Source: Candidatus Limnocylindrales bacterium
GTDB lineage: Bacteria; Chloroflexota; Limnocylindria; Limnocylindrales; CSP1-4
NCBI GenBank assembly: GCA_052038965.1
Contig: JBQGDI010000111.1
Span: forward strand, 1 to 49,153
Length of the DNA stretch: 49,153 bases
Direction of reading: 5' to 3'
Of this stretch, positions 31,219 through 40,430 are shown one piece after another. How positions within the stretch are numbered: the stretch's first letter is position 1; the number at the start of each line of letters is the position of its first letter. A program made the position numbers and the translations under genes. The notes beneath the pieces are model-generated. The model had not been told where the DNA came from. It made no database searches and saw only the letters and a program-made list of their open reading frames with translations.

Positions 31219-34200
31219 AGCCCGGGAGCGTCCTGATCATCGGCTCGGGGCCGGTTGTCATCGGCCAGGCGGCCGAGTTCGACTACGCCGGCACGCAGGC
31301 CTGCCGGGCGCTCCGGGCGGAGGGCGTCCGGACGATCCTGGTCAACTCGAATCCCGCGACGATCATGACCGACCTCGAGGTTGCCGACGCCGTCTACCTC
31401 GAGCCATTGACGGTGCCGGCGATCGAGCGGGTCATCGAACGCGAGCGACCCGACGGACTGCTGGCCGGCCTGGGCGGCCAGACGGCCCTGAATCTCGCCA
31501 CCCAGCTCGCCGATGCCGGTGTCCTGGCACGCTACGACGTGAGGCTCCTTGGGACCCCCCTCGAGGCGATCCGGATGGCCGAGGATCGCGAGCGGTTCCG
31601 GGACCTCCTGGACCGGATCGGCCAGCCCTTCGCCCCCAGCGCGATCGTCGAGGGTGAAAGCCCGGCTGCTCGCCAGGCGAGCGTCGACGCGGCGCTGGCC
31701 GAGATCGGCCTGCCCGCCATCATCCGCCCGGCCTTCACCCTCGGCGGCACCGGCGGCGGGATCGTCGAGACGGAGGTGCAGTACCGCGAGCGGGTCCGCG
31801 CCGGGCTGCGCGCCAGCCCGATCGGCCAGGTGATGGTCGAGCGCTGCCTCGTCGGCTGGCAGGAGATCGAGTACGAGGTCATGCGCGACGCCGACGACAC
31901 CTGCATCGCCGTGTGCTCGATGGAGAACGTCGACCCGCTCGGCGTGCACACCGGCGATTCGATCGTCGTCGCGCCCGTCCAGACGCTGCCCGACCCCGTC
32001 CACCAGCGGCTTCGCAGCGCCGCGCTGGCGATCATCCGGGCGCTCGGCGTCGAGGGTGGCTGCAACGTCCAGTTCGCGCTCTCGCCGGATTCGACCGAAT
32101 ACGCCGTCCTCGAGGTCAACCCGCGCGTCTCGCGCTCATCGGCCCTGGCGTCGAAGGCCACCGGCTATCCCATCGCGCGCGTCGCGGCCCAGATCGCGAT
32201 CGGCCGGCGCCTGGCCGAGATCCCGAACGTCGTGACCGGCACGACCGTCGCGGCATTCGAGCCGGCGCTCGACTACGTGGTCGTCAAGCTGCCGCGCTTC
32301 CCGTTCGACAAGTTCCCGACCGCCGACCGGTCGCTCGGCTCGCAGATGAAGGCGACCGGCGAGGTCATGGCCATCGACCGGACGTTCGGGGCGGCGCTGA
32401 ACAAGGCCCTGCGAGGGCTCGAGCAGGCCGGCGCCGGGCCCCTCGCCGAGGACCCCGCCTGGGCGGGGCCGATCGACTACCTGGCGGCCGTGCTGACCGG
32501 CGACCCCGACGAAGACGCCCCGATCCGGTGGGTGGATGAGGCCGGGCAGGCCTGCGAGTCGACGCGGTTCGCCCACCGATCGGCCGCGCCGATCGTGCTT
32601 CGACGGTTCCTGGAGCCATCCGATTCCCGCCTCTGGCGGGTGCTGGCGCTGCTCCGTCGGGGCATCCCGGAGGAGGCGATCCAGGTGGCGACCGGGATCG
32701 CCCCGTGGTTCCTCGGTGAGATGGGTCGCAACGTGCGCCTCGAGGGGGAGATCCGGGCGATCGGCCCGCGCCTGGTCGATCCCGGCGATGCGGCTGCGAC
32801 ACCGCTCCTCGCGACGGTCAAGCGCTTCGGCTTCGGCGACGGGGACGTGGCGAATCTCGCCTCCGTGCCCGTGTCCGCCGTGCGCGAGGCGCGACGCGCC
32901 CTCGGCCTCGCGCCGGGCTACGCGATGGTCGACACCTGCGCGGCCGAGTTCGCCGCCGAGACGCCGTACTTCTACGCGACCTACGCGGCTGCTGCCTCGA
33001 TGCCCGAGGCGCCGCCGGTGCGCCGTCCCGCCGCCCTCGTGATCGGGAGCGGGCCGGTGCGGATCGGGCAGGGCATCGAGTTCGACTACTGCGCCGTGAA
33101 GGCGGCCGCGACGCTGCGGGATGCCGGCTGGTCGGCGGTCCTGGTCAACTCCAACCCCGAGACCGTCTCGACCGACTTCGACGCGTCGTCGCGGCTGTAC
33201 TTCGAGCCGCTCGACGCCGAGAGCGTCCTGAGCCTCCTCGAGGCGGAGTGCCCGGGCTCGATCGAGTCCGGCGAGCCACCGGACCTGCCGGTCATGGTCG
33301 CGTTCGGCGGCCAGACGCCACTGAACCTCGCGGGGCCCCTGGCCGAGGCCGGCGTCCGGCTCCTGGGCTCGGACCTCGAGGCGATCGACCAGGCCGAGGA
33401 GCGAACCCATTTCGCGAACCTCCTCGATCGCCTCGGGATCCCGCAGCCCGAGGGCGGCATGGCCCGCTCAGTGGAGGAGGCCCTGACGCTGGCCGAGCGG
33501 ATCGGCTACCCGGTCATCGTCCGGCCGTCGTTCGTCATCGGCGGGCTCGCGATCGACTTCTGCTACTCGCCCGAGGACCTCGTCCGGCAGCTCGCGGCGG
33601 CGACCGTCGTCGACCCCGACCGGCCGGTTCGGATCGACCGCTACCTGGAGGGTGTCGAGGTCGACGTCGACGCCGTGTCCGACGGCGAGCGAGTGCTGAT
33701 CCCGGGCCTCCTCGAGCATGTCGAGCGAGCCGGTGTCCACTCCGGCGATTCGGTCGCGATGTTCCCGCCGCAGTCCGTCGGTGAGGCTGACCAGGGGCTG
33801 ATCGTCGAGTCGATGGAGCGCGTCGTCCGGGCGCTCGGCGCGCGGGGCCTGGTCAACGCCCAGTTCATCGTCCGCGACGACGGCGTGTACCTGATCGAGG
33901 TCAACCCGCGGGCCTCACGAACCGTGCCGTTCATGTCGAAGGTCACCGGCGTCCCGATGGTCGACCTGGCGGTGCGAATCGCCCTGGGGGCGACGCTCGC
34001 CGACCTCGGCTGGCCGGGCGGCCTGCTGCCGGAGCCGGCGTTCGTGGCGATCAAGGCGCCGGCCTTCTCGACCGCCAAGCTGCGGGGCGTCGACCCGTCG
34101 GTCGGGCCGTTCATGCAGTCGACCGGCGAGGTTATCGGGATCCACGAGGACGAGCGAGTGGCGCTGGCCAAGGCGCTCATCGGTGCGGCCCTGGTGCCAC

Positions 34201-34673
34201 CGCGGTCCCGCGGCCCGGCCGACGCCGCTGCGCCGGTTGCCGTGGTGTCGATCGCCGACCGGGACAAGTCGGAGCTGCCGCGTCTCGCTCAGGCGCTCGA
34301 TCGTGCTGGCTACCGCCTGGCCGCCACGCCCGGGACCCGGCAAGCGCTCGTGGCAGCCGGGTTTGCCGCCGAGGCCGTGGCGAGATTGGGAGACGATCCC
34401 GGTGGAAGCGAGACGGATATCGTGTCCCTGATCCGGGGCGGGTCGGTCCGCCTCGTCGTCAACACGCCCACGCCCCGCTCGGGGGCCATCCGCGATGCCG
34501 CCGAGATCCGCCACGCGGCGATCGACGAGGGCATCCTGTGCTTGACCGCGATCGAGACGGCGGTCGCGGCCGCGGAGGCTCTCGACCCAGCCCTCGAAGA
34601 CCGTCTCAGCGAGGTGCGGCCGCTGGGCGACTGGCTCAGCAGTCGGGCGGCGGCGCTCGTCCCGGCGGGCTGA
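31215..34673 (+). CDS. carB: Carbamoyl-phosphate synthase large subunit
   Basis: The GTG overlaps the carA TGA (GTGA). It has two ATP-grasp halves beginning 'IIGSGPVVIGQAAEFDYAGTQA' and 'VIGSGPVRIGQGIEFDYCAV', and a C-terminal MGS-like allosteric domain. 1152 aa. Confidence 0.95.
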   Translation: MKPGSVLIIGSGPVVIGQAAEFDYAGTQACRALRAEGVRTILVNSNPATIMTDLEVADAVYLEPLTVPAIERVIERERPDGLLAGLGGQTALNLATQLADAGVLARYDVRLLGTPLEAIRMAEDRERFRDLLDRIGQPFAPSAIVEGESPAARQASVDAALAEIGLPAIIRPAFTLGGTGGGIVETEVQYRERVRAGLRASPIGQVMVERCLVGWQEIEYEVMRDADDTCIAVCSMENVDPLGVHTGDSIVVAPVQTLPDPVHQRLRSAALAIIRALGVEGGCNVQFALSPDSTEYAVLEVNPRVSRSSALASKATGYPIARVAAQIAIGRRLAEIPNVVTGTTVAAFEPALDYVVVKLPRFPFDKFPTADRSLGSQMKATGEVMAIDRTFGAALNKALRGLEQAGAGPLAEDPAWAGPIDYLAAVLTGDPDEDAPIRWVDEAGQACESTRFAHRSAAPIVLRRFLEPSDSRLWRVLALLRRGIPEEAIQVATGIAPWFLGEMGRNVRLEGEIRAIGPRLVDPGDAAATPLLATVKRFGFGDGDVANLASVPVSAVREARRALGLAPGYAMVDTCAAEFAAETPYFYATYAAAASMPEAPPVRRPAALVIGSGPVRIGQGIEFDYCAVKAAATLRDAGWSAVLVNSNPETVSTDFDASSRLYFEPLDAESVLSLLEAECPGSIESGEPPDLPVMVAFGGQTPLNLAGPLAEAGVRLLGSDLEAIDQAEERTHFANLLDRLGIPQPEGGMARSVEEALTLAERIGYPVIVRPSFVIGGLAIDFCYSPEDLVRQLAAATVVDPDRPVRIDRYLEGVEVDVDAVSDGERVLIPGLLEHVERAGVHSGDSVAMFPPQSVGEADQGLIVESMERVVRALGARGLVNAQFIVRDDGVYLIEVNPRASRTVPFMSKVTGVPMVDLAVRIALGATLADLGWPGGLLPEPAFVAIKAPAFSTAKLRGVDPSVGPFMQSTGEVIGIHEDERVALAKALIGAALVPPRSRGPADAAAPVAVVSIADRDKSELPRLAQALDRAGYRLAATPGTRQALVAAGFAAEAVARLGDDPGGSETDIVSLIRGGSVRLVVNTPTPRSGAIRDAAEIRHAAIDEGILCLTAIETAVAAAEALDPALEDRLSEVRPLGDWLSSRAAALVPAG

Positions 34674-34703
34674 CGAAGCGATCCCGTGATGTTCGATGGA
34701 GAA

Positions 34704-34726
34704 GGGCGGCCATACGCCGGCCGCCC
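34704..34726. terminator. GC hairpin between convergent carB and the secreted-protein gene
   Basis: GGGCGGCC-(7 nt)-GGCCGCCC, a perfect 8-bp stem with no clear U-tract. Confidence 0.35.
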
Positions 34727-34760
34727 ACTCCGATTCCGACGCCGCGGGTACCGTCGAGGC

Positions 34761-35567
34761 TCAGCGCATCAGGCGGATCGTCGCGCCGACGTACTCCGAG
34801 TCCCACGAGCCACCGACGAAGTCGTACGCCTCGGCGTAGAGCTCGACCGAGGCGTTGCCGCCGGCAAAGCGCGCGCCGTAGCCGGAGACGTCGAGTTGCC
34901 AGGTCCCGCCCTCGGTCGAGCAGGTGAATTCGGTCGAGCCAAAGCCGGTGACCGTGAACCGCCCGACCTGCTGGGTCACTCGGGCCTCGAGATAGCCGTA
35001 GGCCTCGACGTTGCAGGTGACCGTGCCGTGAATTCGGGCCTGACCCGTTCGCAGGAACCGGCCCGTCGAATCGACGGTCACCGACAGGTCGAGGATGACC
35101 GGCTCGGTGGTGGCGTCGACGTTGAACATGAGGTTTGCGCCGCTGCCGCCGCCGAACGAGCCGATCACGACCAGATAGGTCTCGCCGGCGATCAGGTCAA
35201 GGACCAAGCGGGACTGCAGATCAACGCTATCGTCGTTGCAGGCGAGCATATCAATGCCACCCGACCCGTCGGCCACACCGATCGCCAGCGTCGTGTCGTA
35301 GTCGCTGCCGATCGTATCGAGCTGGTACCAGCCCGAGTCCGCCGGCGTGAACGCGTACCAGACCGTCGCGGCGCCGCCGGCGCAGTCGGGATCGGTCGCC
35401 CCGCTGGTCGCCTCGGAGGTGTCCTGCGCGTTGCTGTAGGGCAGCGCGCCAACGGCGATGGGCGAGCTGATGTCGTCGTTCGCCGGCGCGGCGGCGAGGA
35501 CCGGTGCCGCGGTCGCGGCAAGGAGGAACACGCCGAGCAGCGCGGCGATCCGAACTCGAGAACCCAT
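34761..35567 (-). CDS. Secreted hypothetical protein (268 aa)
   Basis: The internal ATG 35567 is preceded by GGAAGGGACGGAG. The signal peptide is 'MGSRVRIAALLGVFLLAATAAPVLAAAPA'. A 'WYAFTPADSGWYQLDT...DTTLAI...LACNDD' module resembles pre-peptidase-C-terminal-type beta domains. The function is unknown. Confidence 0.6.
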   Translation of the reverse strand: MGSRVRIAALLGVFLLAATAAPVLAAAPANDDISSPIAVGALPYSNAQDTSEATSGATDPDCAGGAATVWYAFTPADSGWYQLDTIGSDYDTTLAIGVADGSGGIDMLACNDDSVDLQSRLVLDLIAGETYLVVIGSFGGGSGANLMFNVDATTEPVILDLSVTVDSTGRFLRTGQARIHGTVTCNVEAYGYLEARVTQQVGRFTVTGFGSTEFTCSTEGGTWQLDVSGYGARFAGGNASVELYAEAYDFVGGSWDSEYVGATIRLMR

Positions 35568-35727
35568 GACTCCGTCCCTTCCCATCACGCGCCCGGGGGT
35601 GCGCTCGACGGACTCCTCCGTCCCGACCGACCGTCCGCCCGACGTGGCGCGGTTCTCCGTCGGGCAACATGGGGACGCGCGCGGGACTGGGGCGTTACCG
35701 AGTCGGCGCGCTGGCAGCGGGGGCTGC

Positions 35728-35735
35728 GCTAGCAT
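35728..35735 (+). promoter_or_regulatory. Candidate extended -10 box (GCTAGCAT) 7 nt upstream of ATG 35743
   Basis: GNTANNNT with no SD, in the leaderless geometry. Confidence 0.4.
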
Positions 35736-35742
35736 CGGCCGG

Positions 35743-37056
35743 ATGCCCGTTCCCCGTATCGAGTTCACCGATGCCCGGCTGCCCAACGGGCTGCGCCTCA
35801 TCGTCGCCGAGGACCACCTCGCCCCCGTCGCGGCCGTCAACGTCTGGTACAACGTCGGCTCCAAGCACGAACAGCCCGGCAAGACCGGCTTCGCCCACCT
35901 GTTCGAGCACGTGATGTTCCAGGGCTCGGCCCACGTCGGGAAGGCTGAGCACATCGCCCTGGTCCAGGCCGCGGGCGGGACGATGAACGGCACGACGTGG
36001 CTCGATCGGACGAACTACTTCGAGACGATGCCGTCGCACCAGCTCGAGCTGGCGCTGTGGCTCGAGGCCGACCGGATGGGGACCCTTCTCGAGGCACTCA
36101 GCCAGGAGAACCTGGACAACCAGCGCGAGGTCGTCAAGAACGAGAAGCGCTGGTCGTACGACAACCGTCCGTACGGCTCGTGGGTCGAGAAGATCCTCAA
36201 CGCCCTGTATCCCGAGGACCACCCGTACCACCACCCGACGATCGGGTCGATGGCCGACCTCGACGCGGCCTCGCTGGAGGACGTCCGGGCATTCTTCCGC
36301 CTCCATTACGCGCCGAACAACGCGGTCCTCTCGGTCGTTGGCGACGTCGACCCGCCGCAGGTCCGGGCGTGGGTCGGGCGGTACTTCGACGGCATCCCGG
36401 CGAACCCCGGCCTGCCGGTGGCGCTGCCCGACATGTCCCTCGCGCCCGTGATCGGCAGCGAGGTGCGCGCGATCGTGCCGGATCGTGTCCCGCTGCCGCG
36501 GGTCTACTGGGCCTTCCGATCGCCGATCTTCGGCGACCCGCGCCTCGACGCCCTCGACCTCACCGGCCAGATCCTCGCCGGCGGCAAGGGCTCGCGCCTC
36601 CATCGACGCCTGGTCCGCGAGGAGCGGCTCGCGCAGGACGTCTCGCTCTTCTCGATGGGCCTCGTGGCCGGCGCGTCCGTCACCGCGGGCTGGGCCACGG
36701 CCCGCCCCGGGGTGGACCTCGAGCGCCTCGAGACGGCGTACTGGGAGGAGTTGGAGCGCCTCACCCGCGAGCCCGTCTCGTCCGACGAGCTTGAGCGCGC
36801 CAAGGCGCTCACCGAGGCCGACGAGCTGGGTGCCCTGCAGCGCGTCGACGAGCGGGCCGACCGGTTGTCGATGTACGCGACGCTGTTCGACGACCCCGAC
36901 CTCGTCAACCGGATGCTGGCCCGTTACCTGAGCGTGACGGTCGAGGACATCCAGGCCACCGCCGCCGAGGTGTTCCGGCCTGACAACCGGGTCGTCCTCA
37001 CGTACCTCCCGGCAGGCGCCACGGCCGAAGCCGGCGGCGAGGAGGCCGCTGCGTGA
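35743..37056 (+). CDS. M16 (pitrilysin/insulinase) family zinc peptidase, catalytic subunit
   Basis: It has the inverted zinc motif HxxEH in 'GFAHLFEHVMFQGS' and a downstream Glu region 'REVVKNEKR'. The internal ATG was chosen because the upstream ORF part overlaps the divergent gene. Confidence 0.9.
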   Translation: MPVPRIEFTDARLPNGLRLIVAEDHLAPVAAVNVWYNVGSKHEQPGKTGFAHLFEHVMFQGSAHVGKAEHIALVQAAGGTMNGTTWLDRTNYFETMPSHQLELALWLEADRMGTLLEALSQENLDNQREVVKNEKRWSYDNRPYGSWVEKILNALYPEDHPYHHPTIGSMADLDAASLEDVRAFFRLHYAPNNAVLSVVGDVDPPQVRAWVGRYFDGIPANPGLPVALPDMSLAPVIGSEVRAIVPDRVPLPRVYWAFRSPIFGDPRLDALDLTGQILAGGKGSRLHRRLVREERLAQDVSLFSMGLVAGASVTAGWATARPGVDLERLETAYWEELERLTREPVSSDELERAKALTEADELGALQRVDERADRLSMYATLFDDPDLVNRMLARYLSVTVEDIQATAAEVFRPDNRVVLTYLPAGATAEAGGEEAAA

Positions 37057-38468
37057 GCCAATCGGCCGGGAAGCAGGGCGCCGTCGTCATCTCCGAGCGG
37101 CCACGCCACGCCGATCCGCGGCCCTACGACTTCCCGGATTTCGAGCGAGCCGAGCTGCCGAGCGGTCTCGGGGTCATCGCCGTGCACCTGCCCGGGCGTG
37201 GCCTCGTGAGCGCGAGCCTCGTCGTGCCCGCCGGCGCGGCCGACGAGCCGGAGGACGAGGGAGGTGTGACCGCGCTCATGGCCCGTGCGCTGACCGAGGG
37301 CACGAATCAGCGCGATGCGATCGAGCTGACCGAAGCGGCCGAGCGCCTCGGGGCGTCGCTCCACGCCGAGGCTGGCTGGGACGGGCTGTCGGTCGCGGTG
37401 GACGTGCCGGCCGGACGCCTCGGGCCGGCGCTCGAGCTCGTCGCCGAGGTCATGGCCGAGCCGGCCTTCCCGGAGGCCGAGGTCGACCGCCTGCGGGACG
37501 AGCGCCTCAACGATCTCCTCCAGGCCCTGGCCGATCCGCGCCGCCGGGCCGACGACGGCTTCGTCGAGACGATCTACGCCGAGGGCTCGCCGTACCGGCG
37601 GCCGTCGGGCGGCACGCGCGAGACCGTCGCCCCACTCGGCGCCGCTGCCTGCCGGGCGATCCACGCCCGGCGCTTCGACCCGGCCCGGATGACCCTCGTC
37701 GTCGGCGGCGACCTGACCGGGCTCGATGTCCATGACCTGGCGCGCCGGAGCTTCGGCGGCTGGCGGGCCAGCCCGGACGCCGCGGCACCCGCGGACCCGA
37801 CCGTCGGATCGGCGGTGGCCGATCGGCTCGTCCGGGTCATCCACCGACCGGGTGCGGTCCAGACGGAGATCCGGATCGGGCACGTCGGCCTGCCGCGCCG
37901 CATCCCGGACTTCCACGCCCTGTCCGTCATGAGCGCGATCCTCGGTGGGCTGTTCAACTCGCGCCTCAACCGGAAGCTCCGCGAGGAGAAGGGCTACACC
38001 TACGGCGCCGGCGCCGGCTTCGACCTCCGGCGGGCGGCCGGGCCGTTCGCGGCCCGGGCGGCCGTCAACACCGAGGTCACCGTGCCGGCGAGCCTCGACA
38101 TGCTGGGTGAGCTCGACGGGATGCGCGACGGCCCCGTCTCGGCCGACGAGCTCCACGCTGCCCGCGACTACCTCGTCGGCGTCTTCCCGCTCCGCTTCGA
38201 GACCCCGGCCGCGGTCGTCGGCGCGATCTCCGGCTTGATCGTCCACGACCTGCCGTTCGACGAGCTGGACCGCTACCGACCGTCAATCGAGGCCGTGACA
38301 GTCGACGACGTGCTGGCGGCGGCGCGGGCTCACGTCCGACCTCGCGAGGCGGCCGTCGTGCTCGTCGGCGACGCGGACGCGTTCCTGCCGGCGCTCGAGG
38401 GGGCCGCCATCGGGTCCATCCGGGTCGATCGCGAGGCGATCCCGACGGGGGAGGCGCCAGACGCCTGA
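37053..38468 (+). CDS. M16 family peptidase-like protein lacking HxxEH (non-catalytic partner subunit)
   Basis: The GTG overlaps the upstream TGA (GTGA). It has the M16 fold pattern ('REEKGYTYGA', 'LVGVFPLRFETP') but no HxxEH motif. Confidence 0.85.
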   Translation: MSQSAGKQGAVVISERPRHADPRPYDFPDFERAELPSGLGVIAVHLPGRGLVSASLVVPAGAADEPEDEGGVTALMARALTEGTNQRDAIELTEAAERLGASLHAEAGWDGLSVAVDVPAGRLGPALELVAEVMAEPAFPEAEVDRLRDERLNDLLQALADPRRRADDGFVETIYAEGSPYRRPSGGTRETVAPLGAAACRAIHARRFDPARMTLVVGGDLTGLDVHDLARRSFGGWRASPDAAAPADPTVGSAVADRLVRVIHRPGAVQTEIRIGHVGLPRRIPDFHALSVMSAILGGLFNSRLNRKLREEKGYTYGAGAGFDLRRAAGPFAARAAVNTEVTVPASLDMLGELDGMRDGPVSADELHAARDYLVGVFPLRFETPAAVVGAISGLIVHDLPFDELDRYRPSIEAVTVDDVLAAARAHVRPREAAVVLVGDADAFLPALEGAAIGSIRVDREAIPTGEAPDA

Positions 38469-38568
38469 CGAGGCGCCACCCGAGTCACCTCGCGACCGCC
38501 GGACGCGGATCGCCGTCGCGTTCCCGGCCCTGCGGTCAGCGGTCTATCGCCGGTTCCTGCTCGCCTCG

Positions 38569-39753
38569 ATGATCGTCACCATCGGCGGCTTCATGCAGTC
38601 GACCGCCCAGGGCTGGCTCGTCCTCGACCTGACGAACTCGGCCGGACTCCTGGGGTTGGCCGGCTCCGTCGCCGGGCTGCCGACGCTCTTCCTGGCCATC
38701 TTCGCCGGCGTCCTCGTCGACCGCGTCGATCGCCGCCGGCTGCTGGTCCTCACGAATCTCGCGGGAGCGCTCTGCGCGGCCCTGCTCGCCGTGCTGACGA
38801 GCCTCGACGTCGTGGCCTACTGGCACATCCTGGCCCTGGCCCTCCTGGCCGGCCTGGCGATGACCGTCCAGATGCCGGCCAGCCAGGCGGTCGTGTCGAC
38901 GATCGTCGACCGAACATCGATCGGCAACGCCGTGGCGCTCAACTCGGCCCAGTACAACCTGATGCGGATCCTCGCCCCGGCGGTCGCCAGCCTGTTCATC
39001 GCGGCCGGCAGCCTGGCCCTCGGCTTCTGGGTCAATGCCGTCGCCCTGCTCATCGTCTCGGCGCTCATCGCCGGTCTCGACATCCCGTCGCCGCGCGCCG
39101 CGGACCGCGTCCAGGCGGCGCTCTGGCTGGATCTGCAAGACGGGATCCGGTATGTCGCTGCGAACCGTGCTCTCGCGATCGTCGTCGTCCTCCCGGCGAT
39201 CCCGGCCCTGTTCGTCCTGAACTACCTGACGTTCATCCCCGTCTATGCCCGCGACATCCTCGCGACCGGCCCGATCGGCCTCGGGCTGATGACCGGGTCG
39301 ATCGGCGTCGGCGCCCTCGTCGGGGCCCTGTCCACGGCAATGCTGCGGCCCTCGGGTGGCAGCGGCCGGCTGATGCTCGGCGGCCTCGCCATCGTCGGCG
39401 CGGCCCTCGCGACCTTCGCCCTGTCGCGGAGCCTGCCCCTGTCGATGGCGGCGCTGGCCCTCATGGGAGCGTTCCAGGTCGCCTACTACGCGACCACCAA
39501 CACGCTCATCCAGATCCTCGTCCCGGCCCGGCTCCGCGGCCGCGTCCTGAGCCTGTACGTCCTGACCTCGATCGGCCTGATCCCGATCGCCAACGTCCTG
39601 GGCGGGGCGATCGCCGAGATCGCCGGCGTGCCCGTCGTGCTCGCCGGCGGTGGCCTCGTCGCCGTCGCCGTCGCGGGGCTCGTGGCATCGCTCGAACCGG
39701 GCGTGGTGCGCCTCCGGGCCGCCGCGCTATCGGCCGCCGCGGAGGCCGCCTGA
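38569..39753 (+). CDS. MFS transporter (MFS_3 / EntS-like pattern)
   Basis: Multi-TM protein with 'TAQGWLVLDLT' and 'GVLVDRVDRRRLL' (the MFS loop 2-3 motif). The in-frame sequence upstream of the first ATG (FPALRSAVYRRFLLAS) also looks like the family N-terminus, so the true start may lie upstream at a non-canonical codon. Confidence 0.8.
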   Translation: MIVTIGGFMQSTAQGWLVLDLTNSAGLLGLAGSVAGLPTLFLAIFAGVLVDRVDRRRLLVLTNLAGALCAALLAVLTSLDVVAYWHILALALLAGLAMTVQMPASQAVVSTIVDRTSIGNAVALNSAQYNLMRILAPAVASLFIAAGSLALGFWVNAVALLIVSALIAGLDIPSPRAADRVQAALWLDLQDGIRYVAANRALAIVVVLPAIPALFVLNYLTFIPVYARDILATGPIGLGLMTGSIGVGALVGALSTAMLRPSGGSGRLMLGGLAIVGAALATFALSRSLPLSMAALALMGAFQVAYYATTNTLIQILVPARLRGRVLSLYVLTSIGLIPIANVLGGAIAEIAGVPVVLAGGGLVAVAVAGLVASLEPGVVRLRAAALSAAAEAA

Positions 39754-39830
39754 AACCTTTGCCGGCGCAACCGCCTCAACCCTGACAGACCGGCCCAAGG
39801 CGCCGGACAAGGAGAGGCAAGGACCGCCAG

Positions 39831-40289
39831 ATGCTCACCCGGATCACCGCGACCACGCTCCGCCCCGTCCTCGTCGCCACCGTCGTGCTGTTCCTGGTCG
39901 CCGGCGCGGCGCTGGGTGCGCAGCAGCTGCTGTCCGCCGGTCCCGCCGGCCTCGGTCCGGCCAGCGGCTCGCCGGCCGCGTCGGCCGAGCCCGCGGAGAG
40001 TGCCGAGCCGGCCGAGAGCGAGGCTCCGGAAGCAACCGAATCCGCCGAGCCGAGCGACGGGGCGGAGGCGGAGGACGAGAAGGACGACGCCTCGCCGGAA
40101 GCCACCTTCGACGGTGACGATGATGACGACGAGACGGCCAGTCCCGACGCGACCTTCGACGACGAAGACGATGACGGGGACGACGACGAGGACGACGACG
40201 AGGACGACGACAGCAGCGGTCCCGGCCATGACGACGACGGCGACGACGACCCGTCGGCGTCGCCGGACGATCACGGCGGGCTCGGTTGA
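39831..40289 (+). CDS. Membrane-anchored protein with a poly-acidic low-complexity tail (152 aa)
   Basis: The ATG is preceded by AAGGAGAGG. There is one N-terminal TM helix 'LRPVLVATVVLFLVAGAALGA', then an A/E/P/S repeat region and long D/E runs ('DGDDDDDE', 'DDEDDDGDDDEDDDEDDD'). Confidence 0.55.
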   Translation: MLTRITATTLRPVLVATVVLFLVAGAALGAQQLLSAGPAGLGPASGSPAASAEPAESAEPAESEAPEATESAEPSDGAEAEDEKDDASPEATFDGDDDDDETASPDATFDDEDDDGDDDEDDDEDDDSSGPGHDDDGDDDPSASPDDHGGLG

Positions 40290-40430
40290 TCGATCGGACC
40301 CCCGACGAAGGTGACGAACGTCACGTCATGGGCGCCGCAACGAACCCTCACCATGGCGATGCCGCCGGGCGACCCTCCGCCCGGCGCTCCGCCTTGGAGG
40401 CTCGCGATCGCCACCGAGTCCTCGCTTCCC

